Source: Octopus sinensis | Taxonomy: Eukaryota | Length of the DNA stretch: 64,000 nt | NCBI RefSeq assembly: GCF_006345805.1 | Contig: NC_042999.1 | Coordinates: 20,522,001 to 20,586,000 of the forward strand | Direction: 5' to 3' | Shown here: in pieces, positions 25,396-38,643 of the stretch | Layout of the letters: each line of letters starts with the position of its first letter | Numbering within the stretch: the first letter of the stretch is position 1 | Translations under genes and position numbers: made by a program | Notes under the pieces: generated by a model | Seen by the model: only the letters and a program-made list of their open reading frames with translations | Databases searched by the model: none | Told to the model about the DNA's origin: nothing

Positions 25396-25960
25396 TTGGG
25401 ATGTCCGGAAAGTTCGTGCCGATGTTTAAAGGAAAGAAAAATGTCAACAAATACTTGCCATTACATTTTAATCAACCGAGTATGAACCATTTTGTTGCAC
25501 AATGCGTTTCCATCTTTTCTTCAACTTGAAAATACCCTCTTCCCAGAATTGAGGTGGTTTCATGGCAAAGAATTCACCGAGGTATCTTTTTACGTCATTC
25601 AAGGAATTGAAATTTTTACCATTTAGATTATTCTGCAGAGACCTGAATAAATGGAAATCCAAAGGAGCAATATCTGATAAATATGGAGGGTGGGGTAACA
25701 CATCCCAGCCGAGCTGTAGCAATTTTTGTCTGGTTCCCAAAGCATCAAGTACCGAAAATAAACTTTCTTATCTTCCATTTTAAAGGGTTACATAATTAAC
25801 ATAGGTTATAGGAACATAAACCTTCTTCCACGAAAAGATAGCTTAAACTGTATTTTAAATGGAGGTGTAGTCAAATCCTATTTCATGGACTCAACCATGT
25901 TCTAGAATATGTCGAAAGGTAAGCTACTATAAATCGGCACGAACTTTCCGGACAACCTAA
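25396..25960 (-). mobile_element. Internally deleted mariner (565 bp) with 28-bp TIRs and TA target duplication
   Basis: TIR TTRGKWTGTCCGGAAAGTTCGTGCCGAT, 26/28 match between ends. ATG at 25778 (MEDKKVYFRYLMLWE) is joined to the C-terminal GWDVLPHPPYLSDIAPLDFHLF..RW..NG.Y. Confidence 0.92.
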
Positions 25961-26324
25961 TACAATTTCAAATTTCCCTTCAAGTTTGAAAAAGGAATTC
26001 ATATAATTTCTTTGTCGGTGTTTCCTCGATGCTTTAGATGTTTCGCATGTTCTGAGAGTCTGCTGATATTCCTTTGAGAGTTTTATTATTGTGTAAAGAA
26101 TGGTGAGTTCGGTCCGTGGAGTGCTTGGTCTTCACAAACCCTGTATCCAAGCTACAGCTCTGATGGTTTTGGGAAGATCCACCTGATCAAAGAGCGCTAT
26201 CGCGGCCACAATTTGTGATGATCTGCTTTCTTTCGTTTTCAGTATATGAAGGATCGTGACACGACCCTTGAAATTTGAAGCCGTCGAAAGAATTTGAACT
26301 CATAATTTTTTCTACTGCAGGCAA

Positions 26325-27070
26325 AAGGCCTGAAATTTGGGGGAGGGGATCAGTCGTTTAGATCTACCCCAGTGCGTAACTGGTACTTAATTTATCGACC
26401 TCGAAAGGATGAAAGCCAAATCAACCTCGGCGGAATGTGAACTCAGAACGTAAAGACGGACGAAATACATATTTCTTTACTACCCACAAAGGGTTAAACA
26501 CAGAGGAGACAAACAAGGACAGACAAACGGATTAAGTCGATTATATCGACCCCAGTGCGTAACTTGTACTTAATTTATCGACCCCGAAAGGATGAAAGGC
26601 AAAGTCGACCTGCGCGGAATTTGAACTCAGAACGTAGCGGCAGAGGGAATAACTATTTCTTTACTACCCACAAGGGGCTAAACACAGAGAGGACAAACAA
26701 GGACAGACAAACGGATTAAGTCGATTATATCGACCCCAGTGCGTAACTGGTATTTAATTTATCGACCCCAAAAGGATGAAAGGCAAAGTCGACCTGCGCG
26801 GAATTTGAACTCAGAACGTAGCGGCAGAGGGAATAACTATTTCTTTACTACCCACAAGGGGCTAAACACAGAGAGGACAAACAAGGACAGACAAACGGAT
26901 TAAGTCGATTATATCGACCCCAGTGCGTAACTGGTATTTAATTTATCGACCCCAAAATGATGAAAGGCAAACTCGACCTCGGCAGAATTTGAACTCAGAA
27001 CGTAGCGGCTGATGAAATAACGCAAAGCATTTCGCCCGGTGTGCTAACGATTCTGCCAGTTTGTCGCCTT
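26325..27070 (-). mobile_element. SINE family B array: one head + four bodies (~184-bp period)
   Basis: CAGAGGGAATAACTATTTC recurs at 26641 and 26825. Only one head, at the 27070 end. Confidence 0.88.
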
Positions 27071-27908
27071 GGACTCAGAATGCAATAATACGATACACAA
27101 TATATCATATTCTCCGCTGGAGCAATATCACCAGTCTTTGTACTGATATAATATTTATTCACTGACTTAAAAGAAATCATTTACTAAGTTAAAGAAGTAC
27201 TGTGAATGTGGTACTTTAGTATTATCTTTATTTTCTCTATCACATTATCGATGTAGTAACATAATGCAGCGTAGATAGAGTGCAAGTTACTTAGTCACAG
27301 TTCGTGGGTTCAAATAGCTGGCAGGCATTTCTTTGTGTTGCGTAGCACACGTTTGTGTAAACTACGTTAATTAACCTTGCTATCCGGAATAGCAGTTAGA
27401 TAAATTAAGAATGTTTACCGTGTCATATTGAAGGGAAATATATATATATATATATCTGACAGCAGATTGATACTATTAAACAGAAGCAGCTATGACAAAA
27501 ATAATAAAGCAATTTAAAAGCTTCTCATCGGCTTAAAAGCCTACATTTATATCATCATCTATCATTATTTGTTTTTAGGTCTGATATCTCAAAACAATGC
27601 GAATCAAGTATAAATATTTATGAAAGCTAGCGGTCTACTACATATAGTCATTCGTCTGCTTTCTTTCTTGAGAGAACTATTGATACTATCATTATCAAGA
27701 TGTGTTGACGACCATTCATAACATATGAGCCTTAGGAGTTTAAAGTGAAATAACAAATGAGAATTTAAAACAGGTTACAAACTTAGCTTCTTTCTAACTT
27801 TCCGTCTCTCCACTCCGATGCTCACAGATATGAACCTATACAGGTTGGCCCAAAAGTAGGTTTACAGTTATTCAACTATCTCTTTTGCATTCATATATTA
27901 GCATTTTT

Positions 27909-28198
27909 GTGGAGGCGCAATGGCCCAGGGGTTAGGACAGCGGACTCGCGGTCGTAGGATCGCGGTTTCGATTCCCAGACCGAGCGTAGTGAGTGTTTAT
28001 TGAGGGGAAACACCTAAAAGCTCCACGAGGCTCCGGCAGGGGGTGGTGATCCCTGCTGTACTCTTTCACCACTCTTTCTTCTGTTCGCCTGCTCGCTTAG
28101 CCAGCGGGGTGGCGTCATTCAAAGGCTAAAACAATGCGAACGCATTGTGACCTGCGATGTATAGCAACATCAGATGGTCTTGCCGATCACGTGATATT
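27909..28198 (+). mobile_element. tRNA-derived SINE family C
   Basis: GTGGAGGCGCAATGGCCCAG.GGTTAG A-box region and GGTTTCGATTCC B-box. Homologues at 46378, 50653, 62592. Confidence 0.85.
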
Positions 28199-28370
28199 AA
28201 CATTTTAGATCTTAACTATAAGAAAATATGAAACCATTATTCTATGCTAATTTAGTCAATTTTGTCACACTCCCTTTTCAGTTTGTAATTGAAATTTAAA
28301 TGTAATAAAATGTTTTAAAAGAAATTCAAAGTGCCTACGTGATAACTGTCAACCTACTTATTTTGCTTTA

Positions 28371-28605
28371 TTCTTTTACTTGTTTCAGTCATTTGACTGC
28401 GGCCATGCTGGAGCACCGCCTTTAGTCGAGCAAATCGACCCCAGGACTTATTCTTTCGAAGCCTAGTACTTATTCTATCAGTCTCTAATGCCGAACCAAT
28501 AAGTTATGGGGACGTAAATACACCAGTATCGGTTGTCAAGCGATGTTGGGGGTACGAACACAGACACACAAACATATACACACACACATACACGTATATA
28601 TATGT

Positions 28606-28653
<48 letters not shown>

Positions 28654-28809
28654 GACGGGCTTCTTTCAGTTTCCGTCTACCAAATCCACTCACAAGGCTT
28701 TTGTCGGCTTGAGGCTATAGTAGAAGACACTTACCCAAGGTGCCACGTAGTGGGACTGAACCCGGAACCATGTTTTTCATAAGCAAGCTACCACACAGCC
28801 ACTCCTGCA
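28371..28809 (-). mobile_element. SINE family A copy
   Basis: Reverse complement of family A. Confidence 0.85.
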
Positions 28810-29180
28810 ACTTTAATAGAAGAGCTTAGAATTTCATAGTTACAAGATTCATGAAATTTATTATAATCAATAGTAGTTTAAAGTTAAGTGAAGTAGCAAC
28901 GTACAGGATGAAGACCAAAATATTAACTCGGTTTCTTGATTATTTTCCTAGTTTCTGCTTGAACATGCTAGAATACGAATCAAACAATTGTTAACTCAGC
29001 TGTTGTTAGCTATTTTGTTTTATTGCTATTATTTTTCCGTCAGTCCTAGGACTTCTAGCCCCTCTTACGCGAGTTCCAATATGGCAACATACCCTTGAAC
29101 GGGACGCCAGTCTGTCGCTGGATTGAAAGACAATAAGTTTCGAGGCGGATGGACAATTCGATTAAATTGACCTTAGTTAA

Positions 29181-29411
29181 GGCGGCGAGCTGGCAGAAAC
29201 GTTACCACGCCGGGCGAAATGCGTAGCCGTATTTCGTCTGCCGTTACGTTCTGTGTTCAAATTCCGCCGAGGTCGACTTTGCCTTTCATCCTTTCGGGGT
29301 CGATTAATTAAGTACGAGTTACGCACTGGGGTCGATGTAATCGACTTAATCCGTTTGTCTGTCCTTGTTTGTCCCCTCTGTGTTTAGCCCCTTGCGGGTA
29401 GTAAAGAAATA
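29181..29411 (+). mobile_element. SINE family B copy with 12-bp TSD
   Basis: ATTGACCTTAGT at 29166-29177 and 29415-29426. Confidence 0.88.
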
Positions 29412-29883
29412 TATATTGACCTTAGTATTCGACAGCTACTTATACTATCGACCCTGTGTAGCTGAGAGAAAGAGTTGATCTCGTTGGGATTCGAAATCAG
29501 AACGTAAAAAGCCGGGAAACTGCTACAATGTGTTTTGTTATTTCGACGTGCTATGGTTTCTGCCAGCTTGCTCACCGCATTTTCATTCTTTATTCTATAA
29601 TATTTATTATATTAACTCTTGGTATCACATGCGTATCCCATGTGACGCACAGCACATATTTCCCTGGCGTCTATTCATCATTTATGATACACATGCCTAA
29701 TTGTTTCAACCAGCAGAGGAACATGGGTCTTAAGTAAGGAAAGCTTTACGTTACTCAGATTATATTAAACAAGGGATAACTTAAGAGTCTGAAAACAAGA
29801 GCAAATTTATGAAGATTCTTTAAACAGGCACATAACAGAAAACAAAAAACAAATTAGAAATGTGTGTCATTTTACAAATACTC

Positions 29884-30724
29884 TCTCTTTTACTCTTTTA
29901 CTTGTTTCTGTCATTTGACTGCGGCTATTCTGGAGCACCGCTTTTAGTCGAGCAAATCGACCCCACGACTTATTCTTTGGCAGCCTAGTACTTATTCTAG
30001 CGGTCTCGGATCTTTTCGGTTTGAACGGCAGTTTTTAACATAATTTCTAGGTAACTAAAAAATTTTAAACTTCGTATACCGGTAGAATGTGTTTAAAAAA
30101 CATCTTTTTCTTCTGGTTTTATTGAGAAAATTCTATAGTTTGTAAGATATTTGTTGTTTTTTTTCTTCAATTTCTGCAATTTCAACCAATCAAATACGTC
30201 TATTGAGGTAAAAGACATTCTGTGCCGTATGAATATGTCCCTCGTTTAAAAAACAGATTGGGTATATTTACATTTGTGAAGAAAAAAGATACCCTTCCCC
30301 TACCCCTAAACCTAACCCTAACCCTAACCCTAAAACCAATTGAAATGCAATAGATCGATACTAGGGTCATAATTATGGGTGACAACTTCATATGACACTG
30401 CTAGAAAAACTGCCGTTCAAACCGGTAAGATCCGCGGTCTCTTTTGCCAAATCGCTAAGTTACGGGGACGACCCCCCCCCCATCGGTTGTCAAGCGATGT
30501 TGAGGGGACAAACACAGACACACAAATACACACACACGTACATATATACATATACATATATACGACAGGCTTCTTTCAGTTTCCGCCTACCAAATCCACT
30601 CACAAGGCTTTGGTTGACCCGAGGCTATAGTAGAAGACACTTACCCAAGATTCCACGCAATTGGAATGAACCCGGAACCATGTGGCTGTTAAGCAAGCTA
30701 CTTATCCACACGGCCACTCTTGCG
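29884..30724 (-). mobile_element. SINE family A copy interrupted by a MITE
   Basis: The two halves rejoin across the duplicated GCGGTCTC. Confidence 0.85.
30008..30433. mobile_element. Non-autonomous DNA transposon (Merlin-like MITE), 8-bp TSD
   Basis: TIRs GGATCTTTTCGGTTTGAACGGCAGTTTT and AAAACTGCCGTTCAAACCGGTAAGATCC. TSD GCGGTCTC. Internal (CCCTAA) run at 30311-30333. Confidence 0.85.
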
Positions 30725-31405
30725 CAGTAATTCCGAATCGGAGCGCATGAAATCGAGTCACCTCAACTATCTTCCGTTTCAGCGATAATGTGAATTCTAA
30801 CAAGCATGAAGTTACTGCACTAGTTCTCCCTTCAATGACGGTCACTTTGACTAATGTTCCAATTATACTAGCAACATTTACTAACATAGCTCAATAATAT
30901 GTCACAGATGAAACGCACAATACCTTAGATGTATATCTAATTAAGGGTTAATTGAGAAAACAATCAGATCAAATTGAAGCGAGACTAATATCCTAGCAAA
31001 ATTAAGAATGCGGCGGGAAACAAAACCCTTTAAAGAAATTGTTTTGCAAAGTTCCTTTACGGAATTAGATTAGATAGCAAAGAATTTGGTTCGTGTTATT
31101 GCATTCGATTCTGGAATATCATTGATGGTGACGATTATTACCGCATCAACTGATTTCGTTTCTGGTGCATTGCAGAAGATGCGCATTAGATATTTTGTCA
31201 TTCATGACCTTCCCAAGGTCAGTACAACGTAAATAAATCTGGATAGATTAACGGATGGAAATCATACAGCAGTAATATTACATGACAGGCAAGTCGTTCT
31301 TACTTCCTCGGCCTTCTCTTTCTTTCTCCCTCTCTCTTACTCTCCTGATATATACATATGTATATATATATATGTATATATATAATATATTATATATATA
31401 TAAGT

Positions 31406-31440
<35 letters not shown>

Positions 31441-31667
31441 AATATATATACATACATATGTATATACATAAATATATATATACATATATACATGTATATA
31501 TATATATAAGCATTCATATATATATGCATATACGCACGCCTAAATATATAGACACACACGCGCGAGATATACGTATTTATATTTATAGCCATATATCACA
31601 CGAACATATACACCAATAAATGTCTGTATATTTGCCCATACACAAGTGCGCATGCACTCTCTTTCTC

Positions 31668-31706
<39 letters not shown>

Positions 31707-32259
31707 CTCAGTTACACTCAGTCACGTACGCCAGAGTGAGTGCGCTTTCATTGAGATGCTGACGCTATTCTAAATGTCGTTCGCTATATCAATCCCATAC
31801 CGATGGTTTCATAGAGTCGCACATATTATTATCACCGTCTAATTTATCTTCAGTTACGTACACATAATTTCGTATGACAACAGAACACAACAATATACAC
31901 AGACTCAAAACCCGCCCGACTCCCAGGAGCATGCGCACACAGGCACGTACTTCGCTCGCATTCATTCACACACACTCTCATGTATACGCAAAAATACACT
32001 GTTTGCCCATCAACCATATTTTTGCTTATCAGTCTTAAACTTTAAATTGTATAGGAAACATATTTCTATTTATTTACATTAAGATATTATCATTTTGACC
32101 AAGTTTTATTAGTATTGCTTATTTCAGCTACTTCCAACCGCCAGCGACTTTTTCAGTTTTTGTTTTCGCTTCCTTTATCGTTATTGGTTTTCTTGTTTTA
32201 AATTGTTTTTACTAGATATCCGGTTGTTATTTTACATATATTGTATAGCGATTTTGTTC

Positions 32260-33167
<908 letters not shown>

Positions 33168-34844
33168 CTGGGTATGTGTATCACTCCATTATTTTTTGCG
33201 ACGCTAACTACTTTTCAGAAAAGAATCTTTACTAATTCTGTGTTTTATTTTATTTTTGTTTTAAATTGCTTCTGTTTTCTTTGTTGTTGCTGCTGCAGCA
33301 TTTTATCTTTGTAGAACCGAAGATAAATGGCAATTCTTGACATCTCATTGGAGCACTTGTGCTGTGCTACTTCTACTACCACACTTCCAATACCGACACC
33401 ACCGACACCACCGACACTATTGCCAACCGACATAGACTAAGACCAATATCAAAATATTTTTTTCTTAAAAAATAAAACTATACAAAAATAAGAATACGCG
33501 TCCAAAGACCCTTTGTATAATCGCACAAATACCTAAATCATTATGAGTACCAACACATCCATCGAATCAACCTCACAACCAGCCCTCACAAACTCAAACT
33601 GATACATAATTACCAACATCAGAACAGCGTCGCCATCACTTTTACCACCAATACTAAAGTTTGTATCTCTTGCCAACCCTCCATGCAACCACTTCCACCT
33701 TTAACCTAGCTTCAGTTGAATGAGTCTGAAGATAACTTGATTTTTCTTTTTCGAAATACAGTATGTATTTTTTCTATTCTTCTGCTAGTGTTTGATACTT
33801 TCCTAGAAAAAAAAAAAAACGATCTTTTTTTAGATGCTGTCTGCTTTGCTGAATTTAGTTCAAAGTCTACATTATTTTTATCACAAATCATCATCATGGT
33901 CATCATTTTATTTTATTCATATGTATTTTATCTTATTCAGAAATCTATTTATTTTGGGGTTTTTTTCTGTTCTTTTTTTGTTTCGTTTCGCGTCTTCAAT
34001 CAACTTTTACCATCAGAAGTTATTCACTTTGTAGATACCTGACCTGCTACAAACAACAGCTGCATTCCCTCAAGTGTCTAATCTCCATTGAAAGACGTAT
34101 TCAAAAATTAGTCCAAGATAACACAGATAGTAAGGGATGGCCATGGCAGAAACGTCTTTGATGATAGATCTCAATATGTGCTGAACTCTGTGTGTTGAGA
34201 ATAAACAGGGTGGTCACCACCAACGCCAATACTACAAACTGCATCTTCTTCGTATCAACATTATCATCATCAACACCATCAGCATATTCTTCATCCTTTA
34301 CCACCTCGTATGCTCCTCTTCCCGCTTTCCTTCTCCTGTTTAAATTACCCTCCTCTCCATCCCACTCTCCTTTCCTTCCGCTTCTTACACCTTTCCTACT
34401 CTTCCCACTCCCCTCTCGTCTCACTCCCCTCCACCTCTTTCCACTTCCCTCCTGTTCACAGTCCTCTCCTCCTGTTCACACTCTCCTCCTCTTTCAACTC
34501 TCCTATTCCTCTTTCCACCCCTCTCCCCCTTTCCACTCCCTTCCTTCGTCTTTTCCCATTCCCCTCTTCACCCATATCATGAAAATTTGTCATCAAAGAT
34601 GAAGAGTAGATCAATTATTTGTGACGTAGATACAAGGCGGGAAAATGTTGACAATATCCACACCAACCCACGAAGTTCTGCATTCTTTTAACCACTCCGA
34701 AAAGATGAAAGGCAAACCTAACCTCGAAGCTATTTGAACTAAATGCATAAAAAAAAGAAACAGAGAACATATCAAAGATATTTCCTTTGAAACTCTACTC
34801 TCAAGATTCTACTGCCCTAAATGGATGTTGTTTGTTCCTTCTCA

Positions 34845-35093
34845 AGCCATGACTGGTTCATAAGGGCCGATTTCCCGGTTTCATTGGCGCAGGTGAGCTG
34901 GTAGATGCAGGAGAAATGACTGAGAGAAAGTTGTGGCTAAAGAGTGAGCAGAAATTCGCCATTGTTTTCTGTCGTAGCCGCGTGGAGCTTAGGTGTTTCG
35001 CTCATAGACACACACATTGCCTGGTCTGAGATTCGAACCTGCATTTCCTCGACCGCGGGTCCGCTGCTCTAACCATTAGGTCATCTGCTTCCA
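34845..35093 (-). mobile_element. Old SINE family C copy
   Basis: GGAGCTTAGGTGTTTCGCTCA..CCGCTGCTCTAACCA..CTTCCAC. Confidence 0.6.
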
Positions 35094-36266
35094 CACCCTA
35101 AATGAATATTAACTGCAAATTTTAGCACAAGGCCAGCAATTTTGGAAGAGGAGTCCACTTGATTACATCGGCCCAACTGTTCAACTCGTAGTAATTTCAT
35201 CAACCCTGAAAGGATGAAAGGCAAAATCATAATTTGAACGAAGAACGTAAAGTATTTTATTTGGCGTGTTAAGGATTGTACCAACTCCTTGCCTTGCCCT
35301 ATACGAATACTAAAATGTTTTCACTTGCACGATGACGAATTAATATGCCTGTAGCAGATCTACAAATAAATAGTTCTTATGTTGGTCCAAAATTAGCAAT
35401 TTTGAGAAAATGGCCAAATCGATCACACTATTCGACTGATAGTTAATTCATCAACCCCAAAACGTTGAAAGTCGTCCTTGACAGCATTTAAACTCAGGAC
35501 GTAATGCCAGAAGAAATACTGCTAAATTTGTCGTCCTCATTGCGAAGACTTACTCCACCTCGTTGCCTTAAAGACCTACTAATAAATAAAACCATTAAAT
35601 ATTTCAAATGTTGAACACTGAAACGTTACCAAAGACCTCATCACACTTCATTATTTTGATCGACACAATTCAACGAAAGATCTTCTACGCGGATAATCGA
35701 TCTACTAGAAATGACAGCGATGTATCTATTAAATAACACTCTTAAGCACTATTGTCTACATTGGTAACTTTAGTCTCTTACATTTGCAAAGACAGAAAAT
35801 TTCACGGAATATATAGGATTACAGAGCTTTTTAATCGGCGATGATCTGAAAATAACAGCAACAAGCACGGCTATGTAGAAAACCATTATGATATTCGTGT
35901 TCGGAGTTAGCGCTGTAGCGTAGGCAAAGGCATTTCCTCTATTTACGCTCCATACACATAAGTGTAATGATTTGTAATATATGTACTAAGGCACACATTT
36001 AGAAGAAATTGCATATTTGAGTCAACTATTTATAGTAGCTGATGGACATATTTTTTATCGATTTTTGGTCTATGGAAGGCAAAGAAGTAATCAACAGCTT
36101 TTCAGGTTTTCTTACTGAGAATTGCTGCAATCATCAGATCGAAATCTATCTGTCTATCTTTCTACGCAGTGGGACTGAAACCGGAACCATGTGATTAGGA
36201 CGCAAGCTTCTTACCACATAGATATCTCTGGCTGTGTTTTCTTAATAATTACATAAGAAAACAAAA

Positions 36267-36480
36267 CAACGAAATCACAGAGGGGTCAAACAAGGTCAGG
36301 CAAACGGATTAAGTCGATTACATTAACTCCAGTGCGTAACTGGTATTTAATTTATCGACCCCGAAAGGATGAAAGGGAAAGTCGATCTCGGCGGAATTTG
36401 AACTCAGAACGTAACGGCAGACGAAATATCGCTAAGCATTTCGTCCGGCGTCTTAACGATTCTACCAGCTCACCACCTAT
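36267..36480 (-). mobile_element. SINE family B copy
   Basis: Reverse complement of family B. Confidence 0.8.
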
Positions 36481-36889
36481 CTGTAGAAATAACCTTAACA
36501 AAGTAATGTAAGAGCACTGCTGACGCAATAAAACGTGGTACTGACTTATGAAAAACCTTTAGTATATTGTGTTTGCATAACGAAGTACCACGTACCTACA
36601 GGTCTTTAATATATTATAATATACCATGTATCTACTATAATATTTGTTGGATGAAAATTAAACGAAATTAAGCAAAAGACATGAATTTATTTAACAAATA
36701 CAAATTAATGCAATTCTAAAACAGAGTATGTTTAATTCTTATTAACACTCTTAATAAAAAAAAATCCCGTATGAAATTTAAACAATTTGAAAGACATGGT
36801 TCGTCTCAGTACAGAGTACAATATACTTCATAATGTGGTATAATATCCCTGGTTTTCTGAAAGTCAAATAAGAGGTCCGGCACTGTATA

Positions 36890-37222
36890 ATACGTGAACT
36901 CCATCGGTTACGACGGCGAGGGTTCAAGTTAATCCGATCGACGGAATAGCCTGTTCGTGATATTAACGTGCTAGAGGTTGAGCGCGACATATCCACGTGT
37001 GCTGTTATTGTAGAAGTCAGGGGGATTCAGCGTGACACAGAGCAGGAAAAAGCCGGCTCTTTGAATTACAGGTACTATGCATTTTTGCCAGCTGAGTGGA
37101 CTGGAGCAACGTGAGGTTAAAATGTATGTCTTGCTCATGGACACAACGCACCGCAGGTAATCGATCTCATGACCTTACGATCATGAGCCGAGTACCTCTA
37201 ACCACTAAGCCACTTGCCTTCA
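36890..37222 (-). mobile_element. tRNA-derived SINE family D (single copy here)
   Basis: Reverse complement begins GTGAAGGCAAGTGGCTTAGTGGTTAGAG (A-box-like), with a tRNA-like head and a ..GAGCAAGAC.. body. Confidence 0.55.
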
Positions 37223-37661
37223 CTGTACTGTATAACCCATAGACCTTGTGCAACATTCAAGTACCTGTCTTTTGATCTTCACTAAATAAGTCAATTTCCT
37301 CTCATCTTCCCTTCTATAAAAACAAGCAAACATACCCAATACCTCTTCCTCTAGTTTAAAGATTTGTCACCTAACTTCAAGTCCTTCCTTTAATTAATTA
37401 CTTAATTCATTTATTTATTGTGGGAGATGATTACCATGTTTATACAATCGCCTTTGTTCCGTTCAACGAAGTTGGAGCCCAGCCATGGAACCCGACGTCG
37501 CATAGATGAGAAAGTAACGCAGCACCGTAGAAAAACGCTGCATCGTAGACACAGCCAAGTTCTTTCTTTTGTAGAATCGTATTGAATGCTTCCATGTATA
37601 CTTCAACATTTGCACCAAATTAATAATTTCCTGCAACTTTTAAGCTTGGCATGTGTAATTC

Positions 37662-37741
37662 GGCCTGATGAGGAGCTAGCTAAGTACCCGTTCGTTGAGT
37701 AATTATTACATCAGAGGATCTGCTAGGAAACACATGTAGCC
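37662..37741 (+). ncRNA. Degenerate hammerhead candidate
   Basis: ggc-CTGATGA-ggagctagc...gctag-GAAAC-acat-GTA-gcc. Stem II is offset by 4 nt. Confidence 0.4.
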
Positions 37742-38040
37742 TGGATATTTACCTGTTCCACTCCATCAATATGGATTTTTATTCGCATTCATAGTAGTTC
37801 TAGCTGCTAACTGTGAGCTATACATATCTTCTTTCAGCTTATCAAACCTCAATATGGAAAATGGATTCCACCATCGACACCAATAACTAATTATTGATCC
37901 TGAGCGTATTTTTATACCTACAATGAACTACTTGAAAGTCACACACTTCCAACACCCAGATCCTTCGATCTTACAATTACATACAAACTTACATACATAC
38001 ATATACACACACGCATATACATATATAAATGTATACAGAT

Positions 38041-38085
<45 letters not shown>

Positions 38086-38205
38086 ATATCGTTAATCCAA
38101 ATATATCGTTAAACCAACATGAAAACACAAAAAGAAAAAACAACAACGCAAGTACGTGGAACAAGTATAGTGTTATTCGATGGTCAGGAAAGAAAAGAAA
38201 GTAGA

Positions 38206-38240
38206 ATTTAATATTTCGAGCGGTGCTCTTCATCAGAAAT
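38206..38240 (-). ncRNA. Minimal hammerhead candidate (third PLE-like family)
   Basis: Reverse complement: attt-CTGATGA-a-gagc-acc-gctc-GAAA-tatt-aaat. The downstream flank 38277-38310 also matches window positions 37-70. Confidence 0.5.
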
Positions 38241-38372
38241 ATAGAAAAAAGAAAAAGTCCAAGAAAGGGAGGACGGAGAAAGAAAATCGCCAACAAAACA
38301 CATGCGGTCACACACAGACACACACACACACACGGACGGACACACACACACACGCACATATATATATATATG

Positions 38373-38404
<32 letters not shown>

Positions 38405-38552
38405 AAAGAGCAATAAAGATTCAAGTTAATTTAAAAAATTTACTTGAATATGGTACCTAACTTAGATGCAACAAAAAAAAACTATACTGATTTAACAATA
38501 CAGTAATGTGGGGTGATTATAAGCGAGAAAGAAGCAACAAGAATGGATAGGT

Positions 38553-38643
38553 TTTTAGTACGATCGTTTCATACAAGGACAGGTTTTATTAAAAGTTGCA
38601 AAGATTACAGCATATAAACGAGTCCCGTACTCATCAGCTAAAA
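38553..38643 (-). ncRNA. Type I hammerhead ribozyme (left arm)
   Basis: Reverse complement: ttttag-CTGATGA-gtacgggac...gtccttgtat-GAAAC-gatc-GTA-ctaaaa. Confidence 0.82.

Noticed and set aside
26325-27070. Regularly spaced ~184-bp repeats as a CRISPR-like array or satellite
   Set aside because: Units are whole SINE bodies without unique spacers, in a eukaryotic context
27909-27985. tRNA gene
   Set aside because: tRNA-like A/B boxes run straight into a SINE body shared with several other copies, and no complete cloverleaf is supported
30765-31225. Candidate internal exons (acceptor ..GTTTCAG at 30782, donor AAG|GTCAGT at ~31217)
   Set aside because: Splice-like signals are present, but there is no recognisable protein and no consistent reading frame
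33722-33770. CTGAAGA...GAAATAC as a hammerhead
   Set aside because: No stem II, no valid NUH and no stem I
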